From positions 1,552 through 65,551 of the forward strand of contig JAHIPI010000027.1 of NCBI GenBank assembly GCA_018894435.1: a stretch of 64,000 nt of DNA, given 5' to 3'. Below are positions 1 through 10,603 of this stretch, piece by piece. A program made the position numbers and the translations under genes. Position 1 is the first letter of the stretch. Every line of letters begins with the position of its first letter. The DNA comes from Candidatus Omnitrophota bacterium. Lineage in GTDB: Bacteria > Omnitrophota > Gorgyraeia > JAHIPI01. Under the pieces are notes generated by a model. That model was given only the letters and a program-made list of their open reading frames with translations. It was not told where the DNA came from and made no database searches.

Positions 1-3000
1 AGTCTCAGTTCCTGAAAGCTGCAATGAATTGTAAGTAGTGGTAGTAACATTGATGTTGCCTGCTGAGTTAGTAGCAGAGTATTTAACTGTAGAGGTGCCG
101 GGAGTTAAGGTGCCGCTAACAGTTAAGACTGTAGCAGTAGCGCCTGCATTGGCTAAGGTAAGCGTATAGCTTCCTGCTCCAAGATCTAAGATATCAGCCG
201 AACCAACTGTTCCATCGATCGTCAGCGTATCCACAGTCATTGAAGAAGCAAGAGTGAGTTTATTGTTAGTAGCCGGAGCTACAGTATCAGTCTTATTGAT
301 TGAGACTACGCCGATATTTTGTGGAGTGGCAGTTGAATCAGTATATGTAGCTGCGGTTGTGCCATCGAATGTCCAGGTGCCTGTGCCTTTGGTAACAGCT
401 CCTGCGGAAGCTATTGAGACATTGCCTGCGGTATTGACATTAGGATTATTGGTCAAAAGATTTAGGGTGCCATCAGTAATCGTCAGTGTCCCATTTACAT
501 CCAAAGCGCCTGATATAATCGCCTGGTCATAAGTCGCCTGGGTATTATTGAGCGTCAGGTTATAGAATGCCTGTCCGGCAGTAGTGATTGTCTGATGAGC
601 TGAAGCATTGCCGGTGAGAGTAACTGTGCTTGTGCCTGCAGTAAATGTTCCTGAGTTAGTCCAGTTGCCGCTTGCTGTAATAGGGGCGTATGAGCTTGTC
701 GCATCGAGGGTGCCATTTATTGTAATGTCTACGGCAGTAAGGCCATACTCTGTGCTAGTGGGTTTCACATCCAATGTGGCGTTAGAATTGATTGTTAAAT
801 TGCCTGTCATGGCATAGCTGCCTATAAGGTCGCCGGTCAGATTATATGTTGTAGCGCCTGTTGGAGTAAGTGTCAGGTTATTGTAAGCGACTCTTGCGAT
901 ATTAGTGGCTGTAGCAGTGCCGGTATAGATTACTGTAGAGCCTGTGCCTTTATTGAAGGTGCCTGTAGCTACAAGAGGAGTACCTGTGCCTGTGATGGTT
1001 AATATATATGAGGTTGTCCCAAGATTAAATGTTGTGCCGGTACCGATACTTAAAGAGGTTAGCTTTAAGTTACCTATCATCGTGGTAGTGCCTGTACCAC
1101 TAGTTACTACTACGCCTATGTCATTAGTAGTGGCGTTAGCATCTGATATATTCTGGGTAGCGCCGTCCAATGTGAGAGCCTGGCCGCCTGTGGCCTTGGT
1201 GAATGTGGAGCCATCCGCTATCGTGAAGTTACCTGATACATTAAGAGTCGAGGTGGCCTGAGTGAATGTGCCTGAATTAAGCGCGAAGGCTCCGTTAACG
1301 TCTACTGAGCCGGCCGCACCGCTTGTAAACGTCCCTCCCCCTATCGTTAACCCACCGTTAAAGGTCTGAAGGGCTGTTGAGGCCGAGTATGTGCCGCCGT
1401 TAATAGATGTAAGGCCTGTTACCGTGACGGTCATGGTGTTGGCATCGAAGATGCCAACTGAATTGATGAAGGCGCCTGTTACTGAAAGAGCATCCGCTAA
1501 CTGCAGCGTGCCGGCTCCGGAGTGAGTGAGGTTGTAGAAGGATGAATTCGTTGTACCGGAAGTTAACGTCTGGGTTCCGCTAGCTTTATTAAAAATAACC
1601 GTAGAATCATCGGCGATGAACTGTGACGGCGCTGTGCCTGTGCCGTAGTTAAGCCAGTTACCACCGACGGTGATGGTTGATGTGCGGCCAGCGCCAACGT
1701 TACGCGTGGCATCGAGTTTTCTTAAACCTGTCTCATCATTAAAACCAATTGTTAAATTTCCGCCAACCGTAAGGTTATAACCATCGGTTTTCCAGGTAAT
1801 TACGTTTCCAGCCGAATAAGCGGTTATAGATAAACTGTTTGTACCATTAAGCGTAACATTGCCTGTTTGAGTTATTGTTACGTTACCCCCTGTGACGATC
1901 CCACAATTATAGCCATTAGTTAGTGTGGGTATTGTAGCACTTGCAACAAAAGATAACATAGTAAGAGTAAGACTCGAGTTGACATCGAAACTGAGCGGAT
2001 TAGCCCCTTTGAGATATATCCATTTGCTACCTGTCAACGTACCGGAACCAATCGTCAATATCGACCCAATGGCAATATGGCTACCCAAAGTCGTCGTATT
2101 ACCGCTCTGTCCGGCGGTCAGGTTATTGAAGCCGTTAGCCGAATAACCTGATAAATTATTATACGTCAGCGTATTCACCCCATTCAGCACTAAGGTAGCA
2201 CTGTTGTATTGAGTAGATGCCACTGTCCCATCCGCTGTGAATGTGCCGTTGCCGTTAATGGTAATAGTTGATGAATTGGCGTTGAAGCGTGAGGTAATAG
2301 ATGACTGAACGAAGTTGCCGGCGAGCGTAATACCGTAAGAGTTGGCTAATGTAGTATCAAGTATCGCTCCTGCATCAATAGTCAGATTACCGGTTAAGGC
2401 ATTGCCAACTGTTAAGTTACCGGTCAAGTCATAAGTCTCAGTTCCCGAAAGTTGCAATGAATTGTAAGTAGTAGTGGTAACATTGATGTTGCCAGCTGAG
2501 TTAGTAGCAGAGTACTTGACTGTAGAGGTTCCGGGAGTTAAGGTACCACTTACTGTTAAGACTGTAGCAGTGGCGCCTGCATTGGCTAAGGTAAGTGTAT
2601 AGCCGCCAGCTCCTAAGTCCAGGGTATCAGCTGAACCGGCAGTGCCATCAATAGTTAAAGTATCTACTGTCATGGATGAGGCAAGAGTGAGCTTATTGTT
2701 TGTGGCTGGGGCTACTGTATCTGTCTTATTGATGGAGACTATTCCGATATTCTGAGGAGTAGCTGTTGAGTCTGTGTATGTAGCAACGGTGATGCCGTCA
2801 AAGGTAACTGCTCCGCCCTTGGTAAAGGTGGTGCCTAGATCCAGCTGGAAGTTGCCGGCATAGTTCTGGGTTTGACTGTTGGCATTAAATGTTCCTGACT
2901 GTAGCCTGAAGTTGCCATTCACATCCAAGGCATCTATTAATACCGCACTGCCAGCGGATTTATTGATGGTCAAGCCATAGAATGACTGACTATTCGATGT

Positions 3001-6000
3001 GATATTCTGGGTTCCTGTGCCGTTTAGAATAACCGTGGAGCTGCCGGGGGTGACGGTGGCGCGGGTAAAATCAACATTTCCGCCGATACTGACATTGCTC
3101 GTTGTGCCAAAATCGAAATAGCCGTAGGTATAACCGCTGCTGCCGTCCACATTAACATTGCCGGTAATGCTGTGCGTGCCGGTCTTAAACAGAATTTTTC
3201 CTCGATAGCCTTCCGGATAAGGAGCGTAACTTATTCCTAAATCCAGATTACCATTAACGGTTAGATTAAAGCCGTTTGTATCTAAAACTTGCGCTTCTGC
3301 TTCTGTATCAGCTAAGAAATCGCCGGCAATCCATAAAGTTCCGGTTGTCCAGTTGCCTGTCATTTGAATAGTCTTTGTATTAGCATACGCTATCTTGACC
3401 TGAACAGAAGTGCTAAATGCTTTTTGTGTTAAAGGGGTAGCGCTGGGTACAATGTCTATTCCACCGGTGGTTATACTCGAACCAGCGCCCATATCTAAAA
3501 AGTCATTCGCATTCGGATAAATAGCAATAGTACTCGCACCGGTCAAGACTGCGCTAGTTCCGAGAACAAGCTTCTTAGTGAAAACTCCGCCGGTTCTCGT
3601 GGAAGTAACACTGTTGCCAATTTGCAATACAGCAATAATATTGCCAGAATTTGGATTGGAGATATTCCCGTTTGCTCCCTGGATCCACGTACCTGTTGAT
3701 GTAAGGATACCCGAAGTATTGGCAATGCTGATATTGCCATTTACAGTTACGGTTTGGCCGCCATCGATCAGTGTGCCATCGGTAACAGTAATACCTGTGC
3801 ACGTTAACGCATCCACCAGCGTCCATCCGCCCGCGGCATTGCTTGAGTCAAATACGACAGTATTAAAAGTAGAGCCGCCGGTCGTAATAGTTTTTCCTAC
3901 TGCGCTAGCGGTAAAGGTAACTGTTTCGCTGGCGCCTTTGGTATATACACCTCTTGTCCCAGAATCCCAATTGCCGCCGACATTAATCGGCGTATTATTG
4001 ACTGAATTATTCAGGGTAATGGTTACGGCGCCGACCGTTGTATGGGTTATGGTAAGATTACCACCCACAGTAAGAGTGCCAATGCCTAAAACACCTGTAG
4101 CGGAGCCGGCATTGCTATTCGTTATGGTTAAATTGCCGCCGTAGGTTGTGGGGGTTATGGGCGCGGTTGTAGCGCCTTGTCCAATCAGATATTCAAATAA
4201 GCTCACAGAAATCGTGCCATTGTTGACAATGTTAGATGAGGCATTGCTAACATCTTTAGAAAACCTGCCCGCGCCGCTTAAGGTGCTTGCATTATTGATG
4301 GTTAAGGTGCCAGTCTGACCTACGTATAATCTCTTACCTGTCCCGATTTCCAGTTCTCCTGTAATATTCAGGGCATAAGAGGGATAGGCGGAAGTGCCTG
4401 TATTCCAGCTCACTTTGTTAATTCCGGAATTTATGGTTAATTTGTAGAATTTAACGTCCCAGTAACTCCCGCTTGTAGGAGTAGTAATGGTTTTGTTTCC
4501 CCCTGTGGCTGTCATAATTACTTCGCTTGTGCCATAAGTAAACGTCCCTGCCGAAGAATCCCAGTTGCCGCCGACATTAATTAGCGTGGCGCCGCTGCAG
4601 GTAAGCGTAACACCGGAGTTAATCGTGAGATTGCCTGAAACGCCGATAGTATAGACACCCACAGTATAGGTAGCGGCAGTGGTGGTCTTAGCTAATGTCA
4701 AAGCGCCGGCTGAAGTAACTGCCTGAAGCGTTGATGATACGCCTTCGCTGGTTAAGGTAATGTCACCGCTGGTAACTGTAGAAATCGTCCCTGAAGACTG
4801 GATGAGCGCTCCTGCGCCGGTATTAATCTGCAGCGCTCCGCTAGTGACTGTGAGGTTCCCGGCAATGGTGAGCGTATTGCCATTACTATTAATATATGCG
4901 CCGCCGGAGCCTGCAACTACGCCAGTGAGCGCTGTAGAAGGAGCAATATATAAATTCGCTACGTCTGTGCCTAATCCGCCAGTCGCGCCGCCGGCTGTCA
5001 ATTTAAGATTTGCTGCCTTGATAATATTGGAAGCGCCGCCGGAATGGGTGATGTTTCCTGCTGCTGCCGCTAGCGTTAGGTCGCCAAGAGTTTTATAAAG
5101 TAGGTTGTCGCCGGTATTTTCCAAAACTCCGCCATAAGTAGCTGTGTTGGAAACAATGGCTAATTCTTCAGTCGTGCCGGATTCAACCGCGGTCTTAATA
5201 TCCAAATTGCCCGAGGCTTTAGAAATGTGCGAAGCGCCAAGGGGCGTATTAGTTTCTACATAGACGCCTGTTGCAATTGGGATTGGCGTAGAGGCAGTGC
5301 CGACACTACCGGAGGTAGATTTTAGGACTATCGCGTCAGCGCTAAAGCTGGCTGAATTTGAAGTTATATTATTTGTTGCTGTAACATAGATAAAGTTGGC
5401 TCCGGAAAATGCGGAAATAGACCCCAGCGAAATATCATAACCCTTGATTGTTATATTGGAAGCCGTTGTGGTTGAAATTGTTCCGGAAGTATGGGTGAAA
5501 TTTCCTGAGCCATTGGCATCGTAATCAGCTTGGATAGCTATAGAGCTGCCGGTTGAGCTAACATTTGCCTGGATATCAATATCGCCATTGGAATAGAGAA
5601 AAATATTCCCTGATCTGGAGAACGCGCCTGTAACTGTTAATTCTACCGGCGCGCCGGCAGTATCGCCAGTAGCATAAATAGTAGTGGTAGCTCCTCCGGA
5701 TAAGCTGGCATTCTGGGTGGAGCCGCCGGTAGTAATAGTATTACCATTAATGATAAAGGTATTGGCGCCTTGCAGGGTTAGAGGGTTTCCCGTGCCGGCA
5801 GTTAAAGTCACTAAGCCTGCAGCGGTAAAAGTGAGGTTGCCTGAGCCATTGGCATTATAATCAGCTTGGATATAAAGGTAACTTTCGGTTGAGCCAACAT
5901 TAGCCTGGATATCAATATCACCTTTGGAAAAGAGATAAACTACCCCTGATTTGGAAATCGCGCCTGTAACTGTCAACTCTACCGGTGCGCCGGCAGTATC

Positions 6001-9000
6001 ACCAGTAGCATAAATGTTAAGGCTATTTCCTCCGGATAAGCTGGCATTCTGGGTTGAGCCAGCAGTAGTAATAGTATTGCCATTAACGCTAAAGGTATTG
6101 GCGCCTTGCAGATAATGAATGTTTGACGCGCCGGCAGTTAAAGTCACTGTAGCTGCAGCAGTAAAAGTGAGATTGCCTGAGCCATTGGCATCATAATCAG
6201 CTTGGATATAAAGGTAATTCCCTGTTGAGCCAACATCAGCCTGTATATCAATATCACCTCTGGACCAAAGAGTAACTATGCCGCTCTTAGAGATCGCTCC
6301 TGTGACTGTCAGCTCTACTGGCGCGCCGGCAGTATCGCCAGTAGTATAGATTTGTAAGCTATTTCCTCCGGATAAGCTGGCATTCTGGGTTGAGCCAGCA
6401 GTAGTAATAGTATTGCCATTGATGCTAAAGGTATTGGCGCCTTGCAGATAATGAGTGCTTGACGCGCCGGCGGTTAAAGTCACTGTAGCTGCGGCAGTAA
6501 AAGTGAGGTTGCCTGAGCCATTGGCATCTATATCAGCTTGGACATAAAGTGAGCTTCCCGTTGAGCTAACATTTGCTTGTATATCAATATCTCCTTTGGA
6601 ATAGAGATAAACTGTCCCTGATTTGGAGACCGCTCCTGTAACTGTCAGCTCTACTGGCGCGCCAACAGTATCGCCAGTGGCATAAATAGTAAGGCTATTT
6701 CCTCCGGATAAGCTGGCATTCTGGGTGGAGCCGCCGGTAGTAATAGTATTGCCATTAACGCTAAAGGTATTGGCGCCTTGCAGATAATGAAGGCTTGATG
6801 CGCCGGCAGTTAAAGTCACTGTAGCTGCGGCAGTAAAAGTGAGGTTGCCTGAGCCATTGGCATCATAATCAGCTTGGATATACAGGGTATCTCCCGTTGA
6901 GCCAACATCAGCCTGTATATCTATATCGCCATAGGCTCGAAGATTAACCGCGCCAGTCTTAGAGATCGCTCCTGTAACTGTTAATTCTACTGGCGCGCCG
7001 GCGGTATCGCCAGTAGCAGTAATGGTAAGGCCGCCACTTCCTCCGGATAAGCTGGCATTCTGGGTGGAGCCAGCAGTAGTAATAGTATTGCCATTAACGC
7101 TAAAGGTATTCGCGCCTTGCAGGACATGAGCGCTCGATGCTTCGGCAGTTAAAGTCACTATGCCGACAGCAGTAAAAGTGAGATTGCCTGAGCCGTTGGC
7201 ATCATAGTCAGCGTAGATACCTACAGAGCTGCCGGTTGCGCTAACATCAGCCTGTATATCAATATCACCTTTGGAAAAGAGATAAACTGCCCCCGATTTG
7301 GAAATTGTGCCTGTAACTGTCAACTCTATTGGTGCGCCGGCAGTATCGCCAGTAGCATAAATGTTAAGGCTATTTCCTCCGGATAAGCTGGCATTCTGGG
7401 TGGAGCCACCGGTAGTAATAGTATTACCATTAACGCTAAAGGTATTGGCGCCCCACAGTTTATGAACGCTTGATGCGCCGGCAGTTAAAGTCACTAAACC
7501 TGCAGCAGTAAAAGTGAGGTTGCCTGAGCCATTGAGATCGTAATCAGCTTGGATATAAAGGTAATTCCCTGTTGAGCCAACATCAGCCTTTATATCAATA
7601 TTTCCATTTGCCCATAATCTTATAAGGCCGGCGCAGGAAATCGTATCATTGACTGTAATGTCCCCGACTATAGCCGAAATAATTGATTTGTAAACACTTA
7701 ATGAGCCTGCAGAAGTAATCGCATCTAACGTGGCATTTGCCGCGTAGATGATGATGTTTGCTGTGCCGGTAGTGGTAATTTGTGTGGCAGAGCCCTGGAT
7801 AAACGAACCATTGCCATCACGGTCAGAATCCGCGTTAAAAGTAATCGTGCCGGAGGCGGAAACCGAGGCATTGACATATATATCATTAGTAGCGGTGAAG
7901 GTCAGCGCGCCGGCATAGGCAGTAATCGGAGAATCAATCCAGATATTTACCGGGTCAAAATCAAGGTGGCTGGCAGAATAGGTGCCGCCAATGTCAAGGC
8001 TGTCAGCCTTAAAGATAATCGTGCCGTAGTCAGGGTTGGCAGCCATAATTCCGCGGGCGTAAATTGTCCCATTTAATGCTTTTAATACTATATCGCCGGT
8101 GGGCGTAGATAAAGTGCCGTTTAAGAATAAATTTTGGGTGGTTGAGATGAGGGTGAGGTTGTTGCTGGAAATAGTTACACCCCTAGCGACATAGATAGAC
8201 CCATCTTGCGCTTCGAGGATAAGATTTGTGCTCTTTAAGTATTGAATTGCGAAATCGTCGCCGGGAGGACCCCTGACGGTTACGCCTTCGCCCATGATAG
8301 AAGATAAAGCTATTACTATATCTTCATTGGTTCTCACCACCTTGAGCGTGCCGGCTGCGGTTATTACGGGTTCCTCGCTATGACCGATATTGTTGCCTAT
8401 AAGGGTGAGTGTTGAGGCAGGTATTATGGCCTGTCCTGAATCTGTCACTCCACCATTTTGGGCCTCCAGGGTAAGAGACTTAAGCGAACAATAGGTCACT
8501 GCTCCGAAACCTTCAACCGGTCCGACAATCGTAACCTGGTCTCCTTCTAACTCTATAACTGCTACTATGTCAATGTCACTTATATTCCTATATATATGGG
8601 TGACATTCGCGTTCACTATGAAAGGCTCTTCAATACTGCCTATTTGAATTCCTATCAGCTTAACCATATCACCGGGAACTGCTGTATCCGATATGTTAGT
8701 AACTTTCCCGTTTGGCGCTTCCAGCGTAATACTGCCGGCAGTCGCATACCTTAATATATCACCGTGCTCTGTGGTCATGGTGGTTATGCCGGCATCTGAG
8801 GTTACTGTGTTAATCTCTATGTCGCCTGCTGTATGGATGTAATGGGGCAGGCCCGCTATCTGAATCGGTGCAACACGGCTTCCTATTAATATATGGCCCT
8901 CGGCCGCCTCCATATCGTACAGGGTAAGAAGAGGAGCATCGACCATCAGGTCGCCTTCAAGAACGGCCAGCTTTGTCCCTTCGATCTGCCTCACCTCGCC

Positions 9001-10305
9001 GCCGAACGCGGTAATATCGAGGTCGCCCGATGAAGAGACGTTAGCCACTGTCACGCTTCCGGTTCCGGAATAGGCAGTGGTGCCTGACCTTATGGTTATA
9101 TCCCCACCTCCCTGAGTAGATATGGCAGCATCGGCGAGTTGGGTGAAATCGCCTCCGTTTAGGTTATCATCATCTGCTATGAATACAAGGTCTGCCCCGT
9201 TTAATCCATATACATTGCCTGTAATATTGATATTGGCAGGCGTCGCTACGGTGAGGGACGCGGTTGCTTCCATTGTGCCTGCTAATGTAGTATCTAACAA
9301 TGAGCTATATGAGATGTTCGCGCCCGTAACTTCGGCGCTTGCCAGTTGTACTATTTCGCCTTTCGTCGCCTCTATAGTGATATCACCTGAGGCGTACATG
9401 GTACCGCTATTTTCTATATCGCCCTCAGGCGCCAGGAGCGCAATGGTTCCGTCCGCATTCTCCACGATCTTAGCGGCCAGTATCATGCCTTCGTTGTTAA
9501 CGGCATTAGCAAAGGCGTCTCTGGCAGCTGAGGCAGCAATAATGACTTTGCCTGAATCGGCCTGGATTGTCCCTGTATTTATTATGGCAGCTTCCTCATT
9601 GGTGGGGTTAGAGGTAACAGGTTCATCTATAGCCACCTGTATGAGGCGGTTATTTTCGAAACTGATGGTAACCTTGTTCCCGCTTGCCAGTGCCACCGTT
9701 CCCTGATCGGCCTGCAGCATCCCTTCATTTTTGATAGTCTGGGCTAAAAGGGCAATGAAGCCGCCATCGTTCACAGCTATTACTGCCTGGTTTACAATCT
9801 GGCCATCTTTGTTCAGTTTCTGGAAAACATATCTGCCGTTTCTGAAATCTTCTGTATCAATGTTCATTGTTGATGCAACAAGCGATCCAACATTGATGTT
9901 TGCGCTGGGGTCAAATACTATGCCGTTCGGGTTGACTATAAAGATATTGCCATTGGCATAAAGATAGCCAGCAATTACTGATTGCTGGCCGCCTATGACA
10001 TTGTTAAGGACGTTTGAGTTTGCTGATGTCTGATAATAATAGACGCTCTCGTTTGCTGTGATATTTAAAGACTGCCAATTTAAAACTGCATTATCTGAGG
10101 GCCTTACGGTTACACTATTGGGGATCGAATAATCGATTTCGGCTGTGCCTTCAACTACCTGGCATCCTTCAGGAAGTGCGTGTACTGTGTTTACGCTAAA
10201 TAATAAAAAAAGAGCAATCAAACCCGCAGCCCACATTATGCCGCTTGTGGCGCGTGTCTTTCTTGCCCTTATAATCTCGTTTTTACTGTGGCTTAACGTT
10301 CTCAT
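1..10305 (-). CDS. Giant TpsA / filamentous-haemagglutinin-like secreted repeat exoprotein; N-terminal signal peptide plus TPS (haemagglutination activity) domain; 3' end lies beyond the window start (at least 3435 codons in window)
   Basis: Reverse-complement translation from ATG at 10305 gives MRTLSHSKNEIIRARKTRATSGIMWAAGLIALFLLFSVNTVHA... then ...GNIFIVNPNGIVFDPSANINVGSLVAST (NPNGI hallmark of the TPS domain). No complete minus-strand ORF is listed for 1..10305, consistent with one open frame with no in-frame stop before the window edge. The plus-strand V/P-rich ORFs are antisense shadows. Confidence 0.8.
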   Translation of the reverse strand, partial: MRTLSHSKNEIIRARKTRATSGIMWAAGLIALFLLFSVNTVHALPEGCQVVEGTAEIDYSIPNSVTVRPSDNAVLNWQSLNITANESVYYYQTSANSNVLNNVIGGQQSVIAGYLYANGNIFIVNPNGIVFDPSANINVGSLVASTMNIDTEDFRNGRYVFQKLNKDGQIVNQAVIAVNDGGFIALLAQTIKNEGMLQADQGTVALASGNKVTISFENNRLIQVAIDEPVTSNPTNEEAAIINTGTIQADSGKVIIAASAARDAFANAVNNEGMILAAKIVENADGTIALLAPEGDIENSGTMYASGDITIEATKGEIVQLASAEVTGANISYSSLLDTTLAGTMEATASLTVATPANINITGNVYGLNGADLVFIADDDNLNGGDFTQLADAAISTQGGGDITIRSGTTAYSGTGSVTVANVSSSGDLDITAFGGEVRQIEGTKLAVLEGDLMVDAPLLTLYDMEAAEGHILIGSRVAPIQIAGLPHYIHTAGDIEINTVTSDAGITTMTTEHGDILRYATAGSITLEAPNGKVTNISDTAVPGDMVKLIGIQIGSIEEPFIVNANVTHIYRNISDIDIVAVIELEGDQVTIVGPVEGFGAVTYCSLKSLTLEAQNGGVTDSGQAIIPASTLTLIGNNIGHSEEPVITAAGTLKVVRTNEDIVIALSSIMGEGVTVRGPPGDDFAIQYLKSTNLILEAQDGSIYVARGVTISSNNLTLISTTQNLFLNGTLSTPTGDIVLKALNGTIYARGIMAANPDYGTIIFKADSLDIGGTYSASHLDFDPVNIWIDSPITAYAGALTFTATNDIYVNASVSASGTITFNADSDRDGNGSFIQGSATQITTTGTANIIIYAANATLDAITSAGSLSVYKSIISAIVGDITVNDTISCAGLIRLWANGNIDIKADVGSTGNYLYIQADYDLNGSGNLTFTAAGLVTLTAGASSVHKLWGANTFSVNGNTITTGGSTQNASLSGGNSLNIYATGDTAGAPIELTVTGTISKSGAVYLFSKGDIDIQADVSATGSSVGIYADYDANGSGNLTFTAVGIVTLTAEASSAHVLQGANTFSVNGNTITTAGSTQNASLSGGSGGLTITATGDTAGAPVELTVTGAISKTGAVNLRAYGDIDIQADVGSTGDTLYIQADYDANGSGNLTFTAAATVTLTAGASSLHYLQGANTFSVNGNTITTGGSTQNASLSGGNSLTIYATGDTVGAPVELTVTGAVSKSGTVYLYSKGDIDIQANVSSTGSSLYVQADIDANGSGNLTFTAAATVTLTAGASSTHYLQGANTFSINGNTITTAGSTQNASLSGGNSLQIYTTGDTAGAPVELTVTGAISKSGIVTLWSRGDIDIQADVGSTGNYLYIQADYDANGSGNLTFTAAATVTLTAGASNIHYLQGANTFSVNGNTITTAGSTQNASLSGGNSLNIYATGDTAGAPVELTVTGAISKSGVVYLFSKGDIDIQANVGSTESYLYIQADYNANGSGNLTFTAAGLVTLTAGTGNPLTLQGANTFIINGNTITTGGSTQNASLSGGATTTIYATGDTAGAPVELTVTGAFSRSGNIFLYSNGDIDIQANVSSTGSSIAIQADYDANGSGNFTHTSGTISTTTASNITIKGYDISLGSISAFSGANFIYVTATNNITSNSASFSADAIVLKSTSGSVGTASTPIPIATGVYVETNTPLGASHISKASGNLDIKTAVESGTTEELAIVSNTATYGGVLENTGDNLLYKTLGDLTLAAAAGNITHSGGASNIIKAANLKLTAGGATGGLGTDVANLYIAPSTALTGVVAGSGGAYINSNGNTLTIAGNLTVTSGALQINTGAGALIQSSGTISTVTSGDITLTSEGVSSTLQAVTSAGALTLAKTTTAATYTVGVYTIGVSGNLTINSGVTLTCSGATLINVGGNWDSSAGTFTYGTSEVIMTATGGNKTITTPTSGSYWDVKFYKLTINSGINKVSWNTGTSAYPSYALNITGELEIGTGKRLYVGQTGTLTINNASTLSGAGRFSKDVSNASSNIVNNGTISVSLFEYLIGQGATTAPITPTTYGGNLTITNSNAGSATGVLGIGTLTVGGNLTITHTTVGAVTITLNNSVNNTPINVGGNWDSGTRGVYTKGASETVTFTASAVGKTITTGGSTFNTVVFDSSNAAGGWTLVDALTCTGITVTDGTLIDGGQTVTVNGNISIANTSGILTSTGTWIQGANGNISNPNSGNIIAVLQIGNSVTSTRTGGVFTKKLVLGTSAVLTGASTIAIYPNANDFLDMGAGSSITTGGIDIVPSATPLTQKAFSTSVQVKIAYANTKTIQMTGNWTTGTLWIAGDFLADTEAEAQVLDTNGFNLTVNGNLDLGISYAPYPEGYRGKILFKTGTHSITGNVNVDGSSGYTYGYFDFGTTSNVSIGGNVDFTRATVTPGSSTVILNGTGTQNITSNSQSFYGLTINKSAGSAVLIDALDVNGNFRLQSGTFNANSQTQNYAGNFQLDLGTTFTKGGAVTFDGITVATYTDSTATPQNIGIVSINKTDTVAPATNNKLTLASSMTVDTLTIDGTAGSADTLDLGAGGYTLTLANAGATATVLTVSGTLTPGTSTVKYSATNSAGNINVTTTTYNSLQLSGTETYDLTGNLTVGNALTGNLTIDAGAILDTTLANSYGITLAGNFVQSSITSRFNANSSTITINGNGTFTADGTVASTQYNSATLVLNGVNTLTYNNLSGYSANGFNNLTAGQSGNTTTLGSHIAIGSILTIGSGTLTGSKWIYLKGANPLSFDVNSSLTLTMLSFVASATIPTLTNGYNCGIVTGGNVTITQTGNVTLNGTNSLSITAYSAGNVITWKTDGYNLTVGGNLTIGFNDETGLRKLDATRNVGAGRTSTITVGGNWLNYGTGTAPSQFIADDSTVIFNKASGTQTLTSGTTNSSFYNLTHSGAGTLQLADALSVTGAFINSVGIFDANTMTVTVTGLTSINGGTYSASTALQTFNGGLTIGGGTFTSGAAGSVDVNGAFALNSGTFTQATSTLNVSGNFTIADGSTFTKATGGQALTLDGATQNISDANATTNDIGVVVTSGTGTTTMIGNLKLTSLSIGTGTTFNLGTTSYILTITGTGTPLVATGTFNKGTGSTVIYTGTATATNIARVAYNNLTLTPTGATTYNLTGDLIGSYAMTGNLTINSNATLDVKPTSTEYGLTAVDITINGTLDATSSYAPITASGNWTNSGTFTAGTSTVTLTGNASAHQTITTAGQAFYNLTLNNTQATYDQAIISGALDVNGTLTITDGTLNLLTNNPNVNTAGNVSIASAGAVTKGTGTWTFDGTTAATYTDSTATPQNIGVVSINKTDTVAPATNNKLTLASSMTVDTLTIDGTVGSADILDLGAGSYTLTLANAGATATVLTVSGTLTPGTSTVKYSATNSAGNINVTTTTYNSLQLSGTET
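2440..2820 (-). repeat. Long-range intragenic duplication: 2440..2820 is about 88% identical to 1..380 (2.44-kb period), with weaker similarity continuing beyond
   Basis: Direct comparison of agtctcagttcctgaaagctgcaatgaattgtaagtag... at position 1 with agtctcagttcccgaaagttgcaatgaattgtaagtag... at position 2440. Confidence 0.75.
5505..7524 (-). repeat. Tandem array of 336-bp (112-aa) near-identical repeats inside the tpsA-like gene, about 6 full copies plus degenerate copies on both sides (roughly 5170..7860)
   Basis: The motif cctgagccattggcat recurs at 5505, 5841, 6177, 6513, 6849, 7188 and 7524; the period is 336 bp (one step of 339). A repeat translates on the minus strand as DANGSGNLTFTAAATVTLTAGASSTHYLQGANTFSINGNTITTAGSTQNASLSGGNSLQIYTTGDTAGAPVELTVTG... 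Confidence 0.8.
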
Positions 10306-10471
10306 TGCAAATCCTATTTTCGGCAACTGACAGCCATGACCAGAATGGCTTTAGGCTCTTAGTTTTGCGTCGCCAGCTTTTGCTGGTTTTGCCTTTTCGC
10401 TATAGAATTTAAAGAGAACCCGAATTACTTTGAGTGGTTTGGTTCGTCTTTACCCTTTTAGCCCTACTAAG

Positions 10472-10500
10472 AGTATAACACATAGTACCTTAAAAATCAA
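10472..10500 (-). promoter_or_regulatory. Candidate sigma70 promoter for the tpsA-like gene (TTGATT-17-TATACT on the minus strand)
   Basis: Reverse complement of 10471..10500 is ttgatt tttaaggtactatgtgt tatact; about 165 nt upstream of the ATG at 10305. Confidence 0.35.
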
Positions 10501-10603
10501 GTTTCGAGTCGTGGTATTATACGTAACTCATTGTGCTATAATATGTTATCTTACTAAACCCCCATTAAAAAGTCTTCCCTTGCCGAAAAATCGTGACAGG
10601 CGC

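Noticed and set aside
254-10330. Numerous plus-strand ORFs (60-200 aa, Val/Pro/Thr-rich) tiling the first 10 kb
   Set aside because: They are antisense read-throughs of the Gly/Thr/Ser/Asn-rich giant minus-strand gene. Their low-complexity V/P/L composition is what a G/T/S/A-rich coding strand gives on the opposite strand, and none has a recognisable domain.
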